This document shows positions 8,815 through 18,008 of a stretch of 64,000 nt of DNA, in pieces (the first letter of the stretch is position 1; each line of letters opens with the position of its first letter). The notes beneath the pieces were generated by a model that was given only the letters and a program-made list of their open reading frames with translations, made no database searches and had not been told where the DNA came from. The translations under genes and the position numbers were made by a program. Source of the stretch: a virus; IMG/VR virus record IMGVR_UViG_3300025436_000002, positions 96,001 to 160,000 of that record; one strand, given 5' to 3'.

Positions 8815-9080
8815 GTAGATACAAAACTATTGAGGTGTCTGACATAGTAGCCTTATCTTACAAAGCTACTTCAATGTTTATCTATGGATATTCTAAAGAG
8901 AGTAGTAGACTTCTTGTTCAGCATAGATCCTACGAAGATGGTGGAAGATCTTTAGCTATAGTGGAAATCAGTTTATCATTAGCCCACAACTTAACTCTGG
9001 ATATATCACAGGGTTACTCGACTACTAAAGACCCAAAGGAGATCGCTAAGATATTAATGACGTGGGAGTTACTAAAATGA
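8811..9080 (+). CDS. ELLK-tail family small protein
   Basis: ATGA overlap; IAKILMTWELLK*. Confidence 0.85.
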   Translation: MSRYKTIEVSDIVALSYKATSMFIYGYSKESSRLLVQHRSYEDGGRSLAIVEISLSLAHNLTLDISQGYSTTKDPKEIAKILMTWELLK

Positions 9081-9364
9081 ATAGAAAGTACATATGCCTA
9101 TATAAACAATCTCATGGATATTATGTTCTATACCGATATCCAGATTCTGAAACAGTCTATTTTGATTGTTATGATAATGACTTTAAAATTGAAGTTAAGA
9201 AGATACCCAGCAGTGCTAGGATAACTCTAGGTACTCATGGAGAAGAATATGTCCAACTCAATAGATCAAACTTAGAATCTTATGATGATCCAGATTTATT
9301 AATTCCTATTAGAAGTAAATCAGATTTGGATAAGTATTTTATGGTAGAGGAGTTGCTAAGGTAA
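9077..9364 (+). CDS. ELLK-tail family small protein
   Basis: MNRKYICL...LDKYFMVEELLR*. Confidence 0.85.
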   Translation: MNRKYICLYKQSHGYYVLYRYPDSETVYFDCYDNDFKIEVKKIPSSARITLGTHGEEYVQLNRSNLESYDDPDLLIPIRSKSDLDKYFMVEELLR

Positions 9365-9375
9365 CGGAGATTAAA

Positions 9376-9387
9376 TTTATATTATAA
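9376..9387 (+). promoter_or_regulatory. putative late promoter TTTATATTATAA
   Basis: Motif recurs upstream of about 12 genes. Confidence 0.6.
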
Positions 9388-9417
9388 GCACATAGAGGAT
9401 TACGTAGGAAGGTAGCA

Positions 9418-9774
9418 ATGATAAAAAATATAAGACAGCTAGTGGAAGATGCTACAAACAAGCTAGATGCCAAGAGAGTGGCTAAGATGAGTTCATCTGA
9501 GAGAGAAAATTATTTCCATGATGAGGATAGAGTATATGATGACCTACCTCAGATGCTTGATGATGTTTTTGTAAATGATAAATTTGGATTTGTTCGAGTA
9601 TTCGACAATGGAGTTATGCGGGCATGTGGAGTCTTTGATCTTACCACTTCTGCAATCCAAGTAACGCCTAAATTAGTTTTAAATAAACTCCTCATTAAAT
9701 ATCCTAAGGCTACATTTGTGTACACGGATTATCCTTCCAATAATTTTAGGACACTTGATCTGATAGAAGTATAA
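9418..9774 (+). CDS. protein with leader MIKNIRQLVE
   Basis: Leader family; late motif upstream. Confidence 0.75.
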   Translation: MIKNIRQLVEDATNKLDAKRVAKMSSSERENYFHDEDRVYDDLPQMLDDVFVNDKFGFVRVFDNGVMRACGVFDLTTSAIQVTPKLVLNKLLIKYPKATFVYTDYPSNNFRTLDLIEV

Positions 9775-9835
9775 CAATAACTTAATAAATATTAAAAGCA
9801 GACTTGTAATATAGTCTGCTTTGTGCTATACTATA
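9772..9835 (+). promoter_or_regulatory. stem-loop sigma70-type promoter module
   Basis: IR aaagcagact/agtctgcttt; TTGTAA 9804; TG-TATACT 9827. Confidence 0.8.
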
Positions 9836-9864
9836 ATTAATATTATATTTAAAGGGTGAGATAA

Positions 9865-10176
9865 ATGTTACTACTCGAGACAGGTATGATGAAATACAAT
9901 ATGACAGAAGTAGTCGCTATTCTAGCAGTAGAAGGAGATACCTCTTATATTGAATACTTCTGGACAGGATCTATTTTGAGTAGCAGGGTAAATATACCTC
10001 CCAGATATATAGGGATACCTACTAGATCTACCAATACTACATACACATGCGAGGTTAATACTTTAGAAGAGTTAGAGCATCGGGAGATGGTAACATCAAA
10101 GAACAAATATAAAGTATTTATCAAAGGAGTTCACTCAGTCAATAAGTATCTTATGATGAAGGAATTACTCAAATGA
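9865..10176 (+). CDS. ELLK-tail family small protein
   Basis: VNKYLMMKELLK*. Confidence 0.85.
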   Translation: MLLLETGMMKYNMTEVVAILAVEGDTSYIEYFWTGSILSSRVNIPPRYIGIPTRSTNTTYTCEVNTLEELEHREMVTSKNKYKVFIKGVHSVNKYLMMKELLK

Positions 10177-10481
10177 ATAAAAGTGTCTCAAAGATTTATA
10201 CACATTGTTACGGTGATGACAAACTAATAGCCATAGCTGAATTTACAACGAGGTCAATTGGCAGTAATATTCTTTATAGGTATTGGTACATGAGTAGTAA
10301 CTTACTTAGTAATAATACTCTTAACACTTCATACCTTGAGAGAAGCGAGTATGGTCATTTATTGGATATTCAATCAGACTTTGAACAAGTTAGAAGCGAA
10401 GTAGCTAGATACTCAGGGAGGTTGATAACTGATCAGAAAGCTCTAGATAAACATATGATGATGAGAGAGTTATTAAAATGA
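10173..10481 (+). CDS. ELLK-tail family small protein
   Basis: LDKHMMMRELLK*. Confidence 0.85.
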   Translation: MNKSVSKIYTHCYGDDKLIAIAEFTTRSIGSNILYRYWYMSSNLLSNNTLNTSYLERSEYGHLLDIQSDFEQVRSEVARYSGRLITDQKALDKHMMMRELLK

Positions 10482-10819
10482 AAATAAAAGAGTTATTACT
10501 AGATTTTATAATACTACTTAATGTATTAGTACTGCCTACCCTGCTTCCAGAGATGTGTTGGATGAAAGTATGCTTTGAAGAATTCAATTATAGTCATCCC
10601 TTAATATCATGGCTAACCATGATAATTCCAGTTGTCGTATATTTCAAGGTTGCCTCATTCCTACTCCCTAAATTTATACTGTACGTATTTCCGAAAAGAT
10701 TTTTAGACTCTAATTTAGAAGCTAGATATGGAACTCTGACAGATGAACAAGCTACAGTATTTATAGTTTTACTTATAGGTATTGGACTCATATTTGCTTT
10801 AATTAATTTATATATTTAA
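10478..10819 (+). CDS. membrane protein (about 3 TM helices)
   Basis: Hydrophobic segments; ATGA-coupled. Confidence 0.7.
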   Translation: MKIKELLLDFIILLNVLVLPTLLPEMCWMKVCFEEFNYSHPLISWLTMIIPVVVYFKVASFLLPKFILYVFPKRFLDSNLEARYGTLTDEQATVFIVLLIGIGLIFALINLYI

Positions 10820-10831
10820 GGAGTTACTAAT

Positions 10832-11071
10832 ATGAAATGTAAAATTATCGCAATAGTTTTGATTAAGGAAAGTCGTAGAGTTACTAGACTATATTTTATG
10901 GATGAAAATTCCACACTATGCTATGTACATCCATGGCTACCAACTCGATTTATAAGTGCATGTAGGGATTTAAAATCATTATCTAAGATCTTTCATAGTC
11001 CAGACACGGAGTTAATTATAGATAAAAATAAAATTAACAAGTATATTATGGCACAGGGGTTATTGAAATGA
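10832..11071 (+). CDS. ELLK-tail family small protein
   Basis: INKYIMAQGLLK*. Confidence 0.8.
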   Translation: MKCKIIAIVLIKESRRVTRLYFMDENSTLCYVHPWLPTRFISACRDLKSLSKIFHSPDTELIIDKNKINKYIMAQGLLK

Positions 11072-11301
11072 TGGAATATGTAGCCCTAGTTCTTATAAAT
11101 AATGTACTAGAATTAGGGTATTTTTATCAGGAAGATAGGCTTTGTTATAGTTACTTTAATGGTTGCGGTTTCTATTATATCAGTCGTCACATCACATTAG
11201 AGACGTGTCTAAAAAATAGTTCTAAATTTTTAGGGTACTCAGTAGTAACGGATATAAAATGCATGAATAAACATCTTATGGCACAGGAGTTATTGAAATG
11301 A
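11068..11301 (+). CDS. ELLK-tail family small protein
   Basis: MMEYVAL...MNKHLMAQELLK*. Confidence 0.85.
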   Translation: MMEYVALVLINNVLELGYFYQEDRLCYSYFNGCGFYYISRHITLETCLKNSSKFLGYSVVTDIKCMNKHLMAQELLK

Positions 11302-11552
11302 TGGAATATGTAGCTCTTGAGATAACTAAATATGCATGGATTAAAAATTTGATAAGTTACTATGCATTAGACGTGAGTGGAGTATTGCATTTTAAACCTG
11401 ATGACTGGAATCTCTACAGACCGAGTAATCTAACTTTAGAAGAGTTATTAGAACTACATAAACCCGAGGGTATCAGATCAGAGTATTCTTACCTAATAAC
11501 TGATAAAAAAGAGATAGCTAAATACTTAATGACGAGAGAGTTATTGAAATGA
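11298..11552 (+). CDS. ELLK-tail family small protein
   Basis: MMEYVAL...IAKYLMTRELLK*. Confidence 0.85.
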   Translation: MMEYVALEITKYAWIKNLISYYALDVSGVLHFKPDDWNLYRPSNLTLEELLELHKPEGIRSEYSYLITDKKEIAKYLMTRELLK

Positions 11553-11971
11553 TGATTAGTTTTATAATAGGTTCCCTATGGCTTATATTTATATGGAAGA
11601 TTTGGACTCTGTTCCGAGATCAACCTGTTGAAGAGTCCGTTAGATTCCCTAAGGAAATTTGGAATTGGCAAGGGGGCTTTAGATCAGATTGTGGAGATAC
11701 TCCTTTCTGTATTGGATACCTAGATAAAGGTATTCTAGCTAATGGGGAGTGGAGTACTGCTGTGTTCTTTAAACTATGGTTCGAAGAAGGGACTAAAACG
11801 TATTGGGGCTCTTTCTTGCACATGGGACATCACATGATAGTTAGATCATTAACTGATGACTATAACGAAATACTCTTGGATGCTCGGAGTAAAGTGGGTT
11901 CTGATTTAAAGTTTGTTGAAGGTACCCGAGAAGTAGGTAGATTCTTAATGACACAGGAGTTACTTAGATGA
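11549..11971 (+). CDS. ELLK-tail protein with an N-terminal TM helix
   Basis: Hydrophobic N-terminus; VGRFLMTQELLR*. Confidence 0.8.
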   Translation: MMISFIIGSLWLIFIWKIWTLFRDQPVEESVRFPKEIWNWQGGFRSDCGDTPFCIGYLDKGILANGEWSTAVFFKLWFEEGTKTYWGSFLHMGHHMIVRSLTDDYNEILLDARSKVGSDLKFVEGTREVGRFLMTQELLR

Positions 11972-12213
11972 ATAGAGAATATATAGCTCTAAGCTATTCA
12001 GAAGATTCTAATCCATTCTTGATTAAATATTACTGGGATGGGGATACTCTTATGTTTGAATTAGGAAGAGATGACTCTATAAAAGAAATCTGGAAATCTA
12101 GGAGTAATAAACTAGATATTGAATTGTCTAGGGATACTGTGTCAGGTTATAAAACTATATGGAATCCTACAGAAGTGGCTAAGTACTTAATGACTCTGGA
12201 GTTACTAAAATGA
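11968..12213 (+). CDS. ELLK-tail family small protein
   Basis: MNREYIALSY...VAKYLMTLELLK*. Confidence 0.85.
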   Translation: MNREYIALSYSEDSNPFLIKYYWDGDTLMFELGRDDSIKEIWKSRSNKLDIELSRDTVSGYKTIWNPTEVAKYLMTLELLK

Positions 12214-12512
12214 ATAAAAGATATGTAGCCCTTCGGGATACTGGTGCATCTCTTCACGAATATATTCGTGATGGAGTAGTCATTAGGACTTTCTATTACC
12301 AAGTCTCTCAAAAGCATATACTTCTTACTGATATCTACTACGGGGGAATACTTAAAACTGATGGGGAGATATTTACTGAATTGACAAAGGCACCTAAAAG
12401 TTGGTATGTATACCTTACAGATAAATACTATTGGGATGTTGAGACTATTATAAAAGTGTCCAGTAGCTTAGAAATTAATAAGTATCTAATGGTTAAGGAA
12501 TTATTACGATAA
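12210..12512 (+). CDS. ELLK-tail family small protein
   Basis: MNKRYVAL...INKYLMVKELLR*. Confidence 0.85.
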   Translation: MNKRYVALRDTGASLHEYIRDGVVIRTFYYQVSQKHILLTDIYYGGILKTDGEIFTELTKAPKSWYVYLTDKYYWDVETIIKVSSSLEINKYLMVKELLR

Positions 12513-12514
12513 TT

Positions 12515-12580
12515 TAACGCATCTATTGACTTTATATTTATAAGATGCTATTATTAATATGTAAGGTTAATTAAAGGAGA
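12515..12580 (+). promoter_or_regulatory. promoter module
   Basis: TTGACT 12526; TG-TATTAT 12549; gcatct/agatgc arms; gtaaggttaattaaaggag leader. Confidence 0.75.
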
Positions 12581-12587
12581 TACAACT

Positions 12588-13064
12588 ATGTTAAGATTTA
12601 GATTAGACGGGGATATACTTATAACTACTGAATCTTCTGGAGGATTCTTTTATAGTGAACCTCGTAATTTTTATTGTGATATTAAAGAGTGGGTACGTTT
12701 TGAAGTCAACAGTAAAGATGGTAAACGATTTGCTATCCAAAAAGTTCGTGAGGATGATAAACCTAGATACTTAGCCAATGTTGAGAGAGCACATATTCAA
12801 GCTCGTGAGGATGCTGAGAGTGCAAGAATAGCTGAGATACGTACTAAAGAATTTGAAGCTCACGAAAGACTCTATAAGAATGTTAACAGGGAGCTTGAGA
12901 GTTATAAAGACAGTGTAGAACACTTAGACAATTATGGTGATCTAATTAATAAGAAGAACATAGAAGTTAATTGTAAATATGAAGTATACGGTTATAAATA
13001 TGTTGATGGAAGACCTTTTCATAATACCGAAAGAGGCATGAGTAACATAGCTAAATATTTTTAA
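12588..13064 (+). CDS. hypothetical protein (paralog of 26577)
   Basis: Shared RL.G..L.TTE and CKYE.YGY..V.G.PFHNT. Confidence 0.8.
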   Translation: MLRFRLDGDILITTESSGGFFYSEPRNFYCDIKEWVRFEVNSKDGKRFAIQKVREDDKPRYLANVERAHIQAREDAESARIAEIRTKEFEAHERLYKNVNRELESYKDSVEHLDNYGDLINKKNIEVNCKYEVYGYKYVDGRPFHNTERGMSNIAKYF

Positions 13065-13076
13065 GGAGACGAAAAC

Positions 13077-13310
13077 ATGAACGCTTATAGTAAATATTGT
13101 ACTAACTGTTCTTATAAGAAAACTACGCCAGGTTTCGGAGACCCTCATGAATGTGCTACATGTCAAGTGAACATGCAGTACCCTAAAACAATTTTATGTG
13201 ATGAGTGTGGGAAAGCCATAACAAAGAATAATAAGAAGAATCTAACTGAATCCACCTGTGATGCTTGTATACCTGAGAAGTATCTAAAATTTTTAAAAAA
13301 AGTAGATTAA
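13077..13310 (+). CDS. Cys-rich zinc-binding small protein
   Basis: Four CxxC pairs. Confidence 0.7.
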   Translation: MNAYSKYCTNCSYKKTTPGFGDPHECATCQVNMQYPKTILCDECGKAITKNNKKNLTESTCDACIPEKYLKFLKKVD

Positions 13311-13333
13311 TAAAATTATAAGGAGACAAAACA

Positions 13334-13546
13334 ATGGAAAGAATTCCTCAATCAGAAGTTGATAAGTTCCAGAGAGCTGGGAAGAAGTACCAAGTTGTAG
13401 TAAAGACTGAAAATGGTGTAGAGTCCCCAATAGAGAAACCATATCCAGATATGGATGGAGCTAGAGCATGTATAACCTTCATAGAGGATTACGCCAGAGA
13501 AAATAATCCTGATCGTGTATTATCATTTTATATTAAGGAGGTATAA
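13334..13546 (+). CDS. hypothetical protein
   Basis: AAGGAG SD. Confidence 0.7.
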   Translation: MERIPQSEVDKFQRAGKKYQVVVKTENGVESPIEKPYPDMDGARACITFIEDYARENNPDRVLSFYIKEV

Positions 13547-13550
13547 TTAT

Positions 13551-13739
13551 ATGAATACATTAGTACACATATCCCTAATAGCATTAGCTATGATTTCTAT
13601 GACAGGACTTGGGGGTCTCATAAGCTTTCAATTAGGATACAATTATAGAAAACTCGGAATTCCTTTAACTTTCTTACTTTTTGGGGTAGATTTGTTTCTA
13701 CTTCTCACATCTTTACATTACATTGAAAGTTTAATTTAA
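13551..13739 (+). CDS. small membrane protein (2 TM)
   Basis: GGAGG SD before the ATG at 13551; two hydrophobic helices. Confidence 0.65.
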   Translation: MNTLVHISLIALAMISMTGLGGLISFQLGYNYRKLGIPLTFLLFGVDLFLLLTSLHYIESLI

Positions 13740-13750
13740 AGGAGACTTAT

Positions 13751-15094
13751 ATGAGTACAGATATTAAACCCTTAAACAGTGTTACTTATTTTACAAAAGA
13801 GTCTGAGGATAGAGCTTTGAAGACTCATTACGGAGTTTCCCTTATGGGTTACATCCTAAAACTATTAGGAAGAAATGCAAAGTATGTAAAGGCTAGGGCA
13901 TCTGAATTAGAACTTGATACTGGAATAAAATATGAACTAGAAATAGAAGATTATGCTAAGATAAAAAGCGTAAAACCTATGGGAACTTCCCTAGCTCCAT
14001 ACAAAGCATGCTTACCTGAACTTAGAACATCGTTACTATACGACGCTATCTGGAAGGTCCAGAATGACAGTATTCGAGATAAACTTCTTGAAGATATAAG
14101 GGAAGACCTTTACGGAGAATCTAAGTATGTAGGAGAAACTATTCCAGTTAAAGTTAATAAGGAGACAGAAGTGAACTATCAAGAAAAAGAAGACATACTT
14201 AATAAGTACCTAAGGGAAGTTATAAATAATCAAGATTCTGAGGTTTCTACACTAAAAGTTAAGGAGAATATTTACCTAAGTAGTAAGCCGACCCTTGAGC
14301 ATATCCAAGCTAAAATAATCTCTCAACTAAGTCTAGGGGGAGTACTGGCAGGAGTACTTCAAAGAAGTGTATGCGACAGAGCAGGATGCTCTAAAACAAG
14401 ATACTACATGGCGTTAAATGGCTTAGGCTCTCTGATAGTTAAGAAACTGAGCAAGTCTGGGAGTGTTAATGTAGTACTTATGAGAATGCCTTCCGTAGAA
14501 ACTTCGGGTAATGAGGAGAAAACAATGATTAAAGATATGGTAGAGGAACGTATTGAACGAGAGATACTAGAACAACTTAAACAAGGTGAGATGCTTTCTA
14601 GTACTTTAAGAGAGAAGGTAACTAAGAAATTAGATGTATCAGATCCTAGATTTTATGCATCTTTGAAAAATCTAGGCTTACTTGTCAGTGTGAGGCAAGA
14701 GGGGTCTAAAAAGTATAGATGTCTGTCCAGTGGTATTGAAGAGAAGGCTACGGAGCAACCTGTTATCTTTAAAATTGAAGAAGTTGTGAAACCTACGATC
14801 ATTAAGAGTTCTACAGTAAATCCTAACGAATATGGAGTAGAAGTCAGTATCATAGGATCAGACGTAGTCATTCAAAAATCTCCTACTGGGAGGGAACTTA
14901 CATCAGTAGAGGTAGCTCCTTCTCAAGCCCAAGTTACCACATATAAAGTAAAACAAGGAGACTTCCAAGCGTTTGCTCATGATAACTTAGAAGTGGCAAA
15001 AGGGTATGGAATGTGTTTAAGAGACCGAGGTTGGTCAGCAGTTCAGATATTCAAGGAAGTAGTTATCAAGACATCAGAAGTAGTAGAATTTTAG
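13751..15094 (+). CDS. hypothetical protein, possibly with tandem winged-helix-like DNA-binding repeats
   Basis: 447 aa; two similar segments (SKTRYYMALNGLG, SDPRFYASLKNLG). Confidence 0.7.
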   Translation: MSTDIKPLNSVTYFTKESEDRALKTHYGVSLMGYILKLLGRNAKYVKARASELELDTGIKYELEIEDYAKIKSVKPMGTSLAPYKACLPELRTSLLYDAIWKVQNDSIRDKLLEDIREDLYGESKYVGETIPVKVNKETEVNYQEKEDILNKYLREVINNQDSEVSTLKVKENIYLSSKPTLEHIQAKIISQLSLGGVLAGVLQRSVCDRAGCSKTRYYMALNGLGSLIVKKLSKSGSVNVVLMRMPSVETSGNEEKTMIKDMVEERIEREILEQLKQGEMLSSTLREKVTKKLDVSDPRFYASLKNLGLLVSVRQEGSKKYRCLSSGIEEKATEQPVIFKIEEVVKPTIIKSSTVNPNEYGVEVSIIGSDVVIQKSPTGRELTSVEVAPSQAQVTTYKVKQGDFQAFAHDNLEVAKGYGMCLRDRGWSAVQIFKEVVIKTSEVVEF

Positions 15095-15335
15095 AAAGGA
15101 CAGTAAGCATGAACGACAAAATATTAGAAATGATAAAAATATTATCAGGGTATGTAACTCCCCCCATATGACTGTGTTGCAACGTCTTTTATACACCTAG
15201 AAGTAGACGGAGTTAGTGTACTCTTATCCGAAATGGATGTGACGTATTCTAAGGGGATACATATAACATTAAAGGGGCTGACTCCTAAGATTAGTAAGAA
15301 GAGTACAACTGTATTTATTGACAATGATTAAAGAC

Positions 15336-15416
15336 TTGTAACAATGCCTTAACACATGACTTGACTTAGCTTGAGTCATGTGTTACCATATACATGTAAG
15401 GTTAATTTATAAGGAG
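15336..15416 (+). promoter_or_regulatory. stem-loop sigma70-type promoter module
   Basis: IR taacacatgact/agtcatgtgtta; TTGACT 15361; TG-TACCAT 15384. Confidence 0.8.
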
Positions 15417-15740
15417 CTGTTGGCATGTGTAGATACAATTACAAAAGTGAGTTAACCACTGTAAAGTACTCTGGAGCTAAGAGTAGATCATATGGTGGGG
15501 AGAGAATCTTAATAAAAACTGAGTCATCTGAGAAAATAAACACGACTGGTATTAAGCTACCTTCGTTGAGTAAGCCTAAAGGAGTTTTATAATGTTTGAT
15601 ACAGAACTGGCTTGTCATTATTTAATGACTATGGGAATGGCAAGAGAGTGCCTAATGAATCTATCTGACCCAGACAATGTAACATTTATAAATGATAAAT
15701 TCTTTAATATTTATGTAGGGATGTTGGGGAGTGACTGTAT

Positions 15741-16010
15741 TTGAAGGATAAAGAATACTTATTTAAACAATACTTTCCTGCCCCCAAGTATACTACTTAC
15801 TATTTTGTATTAGGGGGTAAGCTTATGGCGGAGAGAAGATATGCTAGTAGACGAAGCCCTGAGACCTACGAGTGTGGTCTTAAGTTAAGCCAGTTATATT
15901 TTTGTGAGGGAGATACTAATTTATATTTTTGTGTGGGAGATATTAATTCCGAGATATTAAATGAATCTTTATTAAATAGATACCTAATGCTAGAGGAGTT
16001 GAGTAAGTGA
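15741..16010 (+). CDS. ELLK-tail family small protein
   Basis: LNRYLMLEELSK*. Confidence 0.8.
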   Translation: MKDKEYLFKQYFPAPKYTTYYFVLGGKLMAERRYASRRSPETYECGLKLSQLYFCEGDTNLYFCVGDINSEILNESLLNRYLMLEELSK

Positions 16011-16291
16011 ATCTTAAGTGTAATAACTTTTTAAAATATTTCGGAACTATCAAAAATTCAAGAATAGGTGACATTACTATACTCGGTTATGCGAGGAATC
16101 TTGGATGTCTCCATGGAAGTTTTTCCGAAATGTATCTGAGGAGATATGGGGATACTCTCCTTGATAGTAAGGAAGCACTTCCTGTATCTTTTAATGATGT
16201 AGAGGTACGTTCTTTCATGGGGGTCAGTTGTAATGATTTCGATATTCAAGAGGTTATGAAGTATTCAATTATGTTGGAGCTATTGAGATGA
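16007..16291 (+). CDS. ELLK-tail family small protein
   Basis: VMKYSIMLELLR*. Confidence 0.8.
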   Translation: MNLKCNNFLKYFGTIKNSRIGDITILGYARNLGCLHGSFSEMYLRRYGDTLLDSKEALPVSFNDVEVRSFMGVSCNDFDIQEVMKYSIMLELLR

Positions 16292-16396
16292 TTAAGAAGC
16301 ACCTATCCATGCAGACTGGGCAAGCTCCTAAGGATTCAAAGTTTACTTGGATAATTTATATAGCTCAACCTTTCATTCATGGAGAATATTTAATGG

Positions 16397-16618
16397 ATGT
16401 TTACGAAGAAAAGGTACTCAGGTATCTTAATTAACAAACTTGATGATTCCGACTTTGTGTACTGTATTTTCCATGGGGAGAGATTGTGCTACTATATAGG
16501 TAGCCATCTCTATAAGTCGGAAAGTACTCTTAAGAAGATGTTGAGTATTGGGGATTATAAGATACTAGAGGGTATGGAATTAGATAAGTACTTAATGACG
16601 GAGGAACTGTTGAAATGA
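16397..16618 (+). CDS. ELLK-tail family small protein (paralog of 16900)
   Basis: YSG.LIN..D..D..YCI; LDKYLMTEELLK*. Confidence 0.85.
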   Translation: MFTKKRYSGILINKLDDSDFVYCIFHGERLCYYIGSHLYKSESTLKKMLSIGDYKILEGMELDKYLMTEELLK

Positions 16619-16851
16619 GTTCTATAAAATATTTAGGCCTAGTGACCCATTTCCCTACAAATACTACTCTACTGTACTACAAACAAGACAGAATTAACTT
16701 AGTTAGAACTACTCAAGGAGAGCCATGGCCATCTGGCTACACTGAAACAGAGTTAGCTAGGGACATGGCGAAATATAATAAAGACTTTCTGTATGTTACG
16801 GACAGATTGGAGATATTAAAAACAATCATGACATGGGAGTTATTGAAATGA
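16615..16851 (+). CDS. ELLK-tail family small protein
   Basis: ILKTIMTWELLK*. Confidence 0.85.
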   Translation: MSSIKYLGLVTHFPTNTTLLYYKQDRINLVRTTQGEPWPSGYTETELARDMAKYNKDFLYVTDRLEILKTIMTWELLK

Positions 16852-16903
16852 AGAAAAGAGGATACTTAATAAATATCTAATGTGCGGAGAGTTATTAAAA
16901 TGA
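16848..16903 (+). pseudogene. near-empty ELLK junction remnant
   Basis: About 52 bp between two junctions; the out-of-frame tail reads LNKYLMCGELLK*. Confidence 0.7.
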
Positions 16904-17121
16904 GTAGACTCACGAAAGGATATTCAGGACTCCTTATTAATAGGTTCGATGAGACTGATTATATCTACTGTATCCATGGCAATAGCCTTTGGTATTACAG
17001 AGATGGAAGTTTAATAAAATCATGTCTTAGTGTAACTGATAAAATGAATAGGGGCGGGTACAAAATATTAAAAGGAAAAGAACTTAATAAGTACCTAATG
17101 ATATCGGAGTTATTAAAATGA
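16900..17121 (+). CDS. ELLK-tail family small protein
   Basis: LNKYLMISELLK*. Confidence 0.85.
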   Translation: MSRLTKGYSGLLINRFDETDYIYCIHGNSLWYYRDGSLIKSCLSVTDKMNRGGYKILKGKELNKYLMISELLK

Positions 17122-17414
17122 CGTATAAAGAATACAGTATCCCTATACACTATTTTAGGGAGGATAGCCCCAAGGATTATTTAAACAAAGTTATTCTAAT
17201 TATAGATAACGGAACGTATACTGTTAGATACTATTATTTGGACCATGTTCTAAAATATTATACTATGTATAAATGCGGTTCTAAATCATGGGGCAGAGTT
17301 GCTATAATACAAAACTTAGATGATATTAGATCTACTAGCCTCTCTCTAGGACATAAGGTACTCGAAGGTTTAGAGCTTGGTAAGTTTCTTATGATGGAGG
17401 AGTTACTAAAATGA
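17118..17414 (+). CDS. ELLK-tail family small protein
   Basis: LGKFLMMEELLK*. Confidence 0.85.
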   Translation: MTYKEYSIPIHYFREDSPKDYLNKVILIIDNGTYTVRYYYLDHVLKYYTMYKCGSKSWGRVAIIQNLDDIRSTSLSLGHKVLEGLELGKFLMMEELLK

Positions 17415-17713
17415 AATTAAGGGTAACTAAGGAAGGAGTGTCTCTGGATTCTCTTACAACTGTACTAGCTATTATTATATCTAACTACAACGGTAATATA
17501 GTATATAACTTCTATTATAAGATAACAAATTTTAATACTATACGTTTAAGTCCTGATCTGGCATTCGATGTCCAGTACGTTCTCAGATCCGATTTTAAGA
17601 GTGTAGAGGATATTGTAGCTAAATTTAAGACCTCTCCTGTAAAGATTGTTACGGGAGCCGACTTAGTCGGAGAGATTAATAAATATTTAATGATACATGA
17701 GTTGATGAAATGA
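17411..17713 (+). CDS. ELLK-tail family small protein
   Basis: INKYLMIHELMK*. Confidence 0.85.
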   Translation: MKLRVTKEGVSLDSLTTVLAIIISNYNGNIVYNFYYKITNFNTIRLSPDLAFDVQYVLRSDFKSVEDIVAKFKTSPVKIVTGADLVGEINKYLMIHELMK

Positions 17714-17958
17714 GTAGAGAATACGTAGCTATATCTATTAAGAATTACTCCGACAGGGATAGGTGCACTATAAAATATTACTGGGAGAGTTATAGCCTCT
17801 GCTACATAATCTCTGATGAATTTGGAACTGTTGAGGAGTATGCCGATACAAGTATATTAATGGAGGAATTAAATAAGGATAAGGAGTCTGGGTTTGAAGT
17901 TATATCTGGTAGGCTTGAGGTTGCAAAATACCTAATGATGCAGGAATTATTGAATTAA
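17710..17958 (+). CDS. ELLK-tail family small protein
   Basis: MSREYVAIS...VAKYLMMQELLN*. Confidence 0.85.
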   Translation: MSREYVAISIKNYSDRDRCTIKYYWESYSLCYIISDEFGTVEEYADTSILMEELNKDKESGFEVISGRLEVAKYLMMQELLN

Positions 17959-17968
17959 CACTGGTTAG

Positions 17969-17980
17969 TTTATATTATAA
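17969..17980 (+). promoter_or_regulatory. putative late promoter TTTATATTATAA
   Basis: About 30 nt upstream of the 18009 start. Confidence 0.6.
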
Positions 17981-18008
17981 GAAGTATTCGTATAAAATTA
18001 TAGGAGGG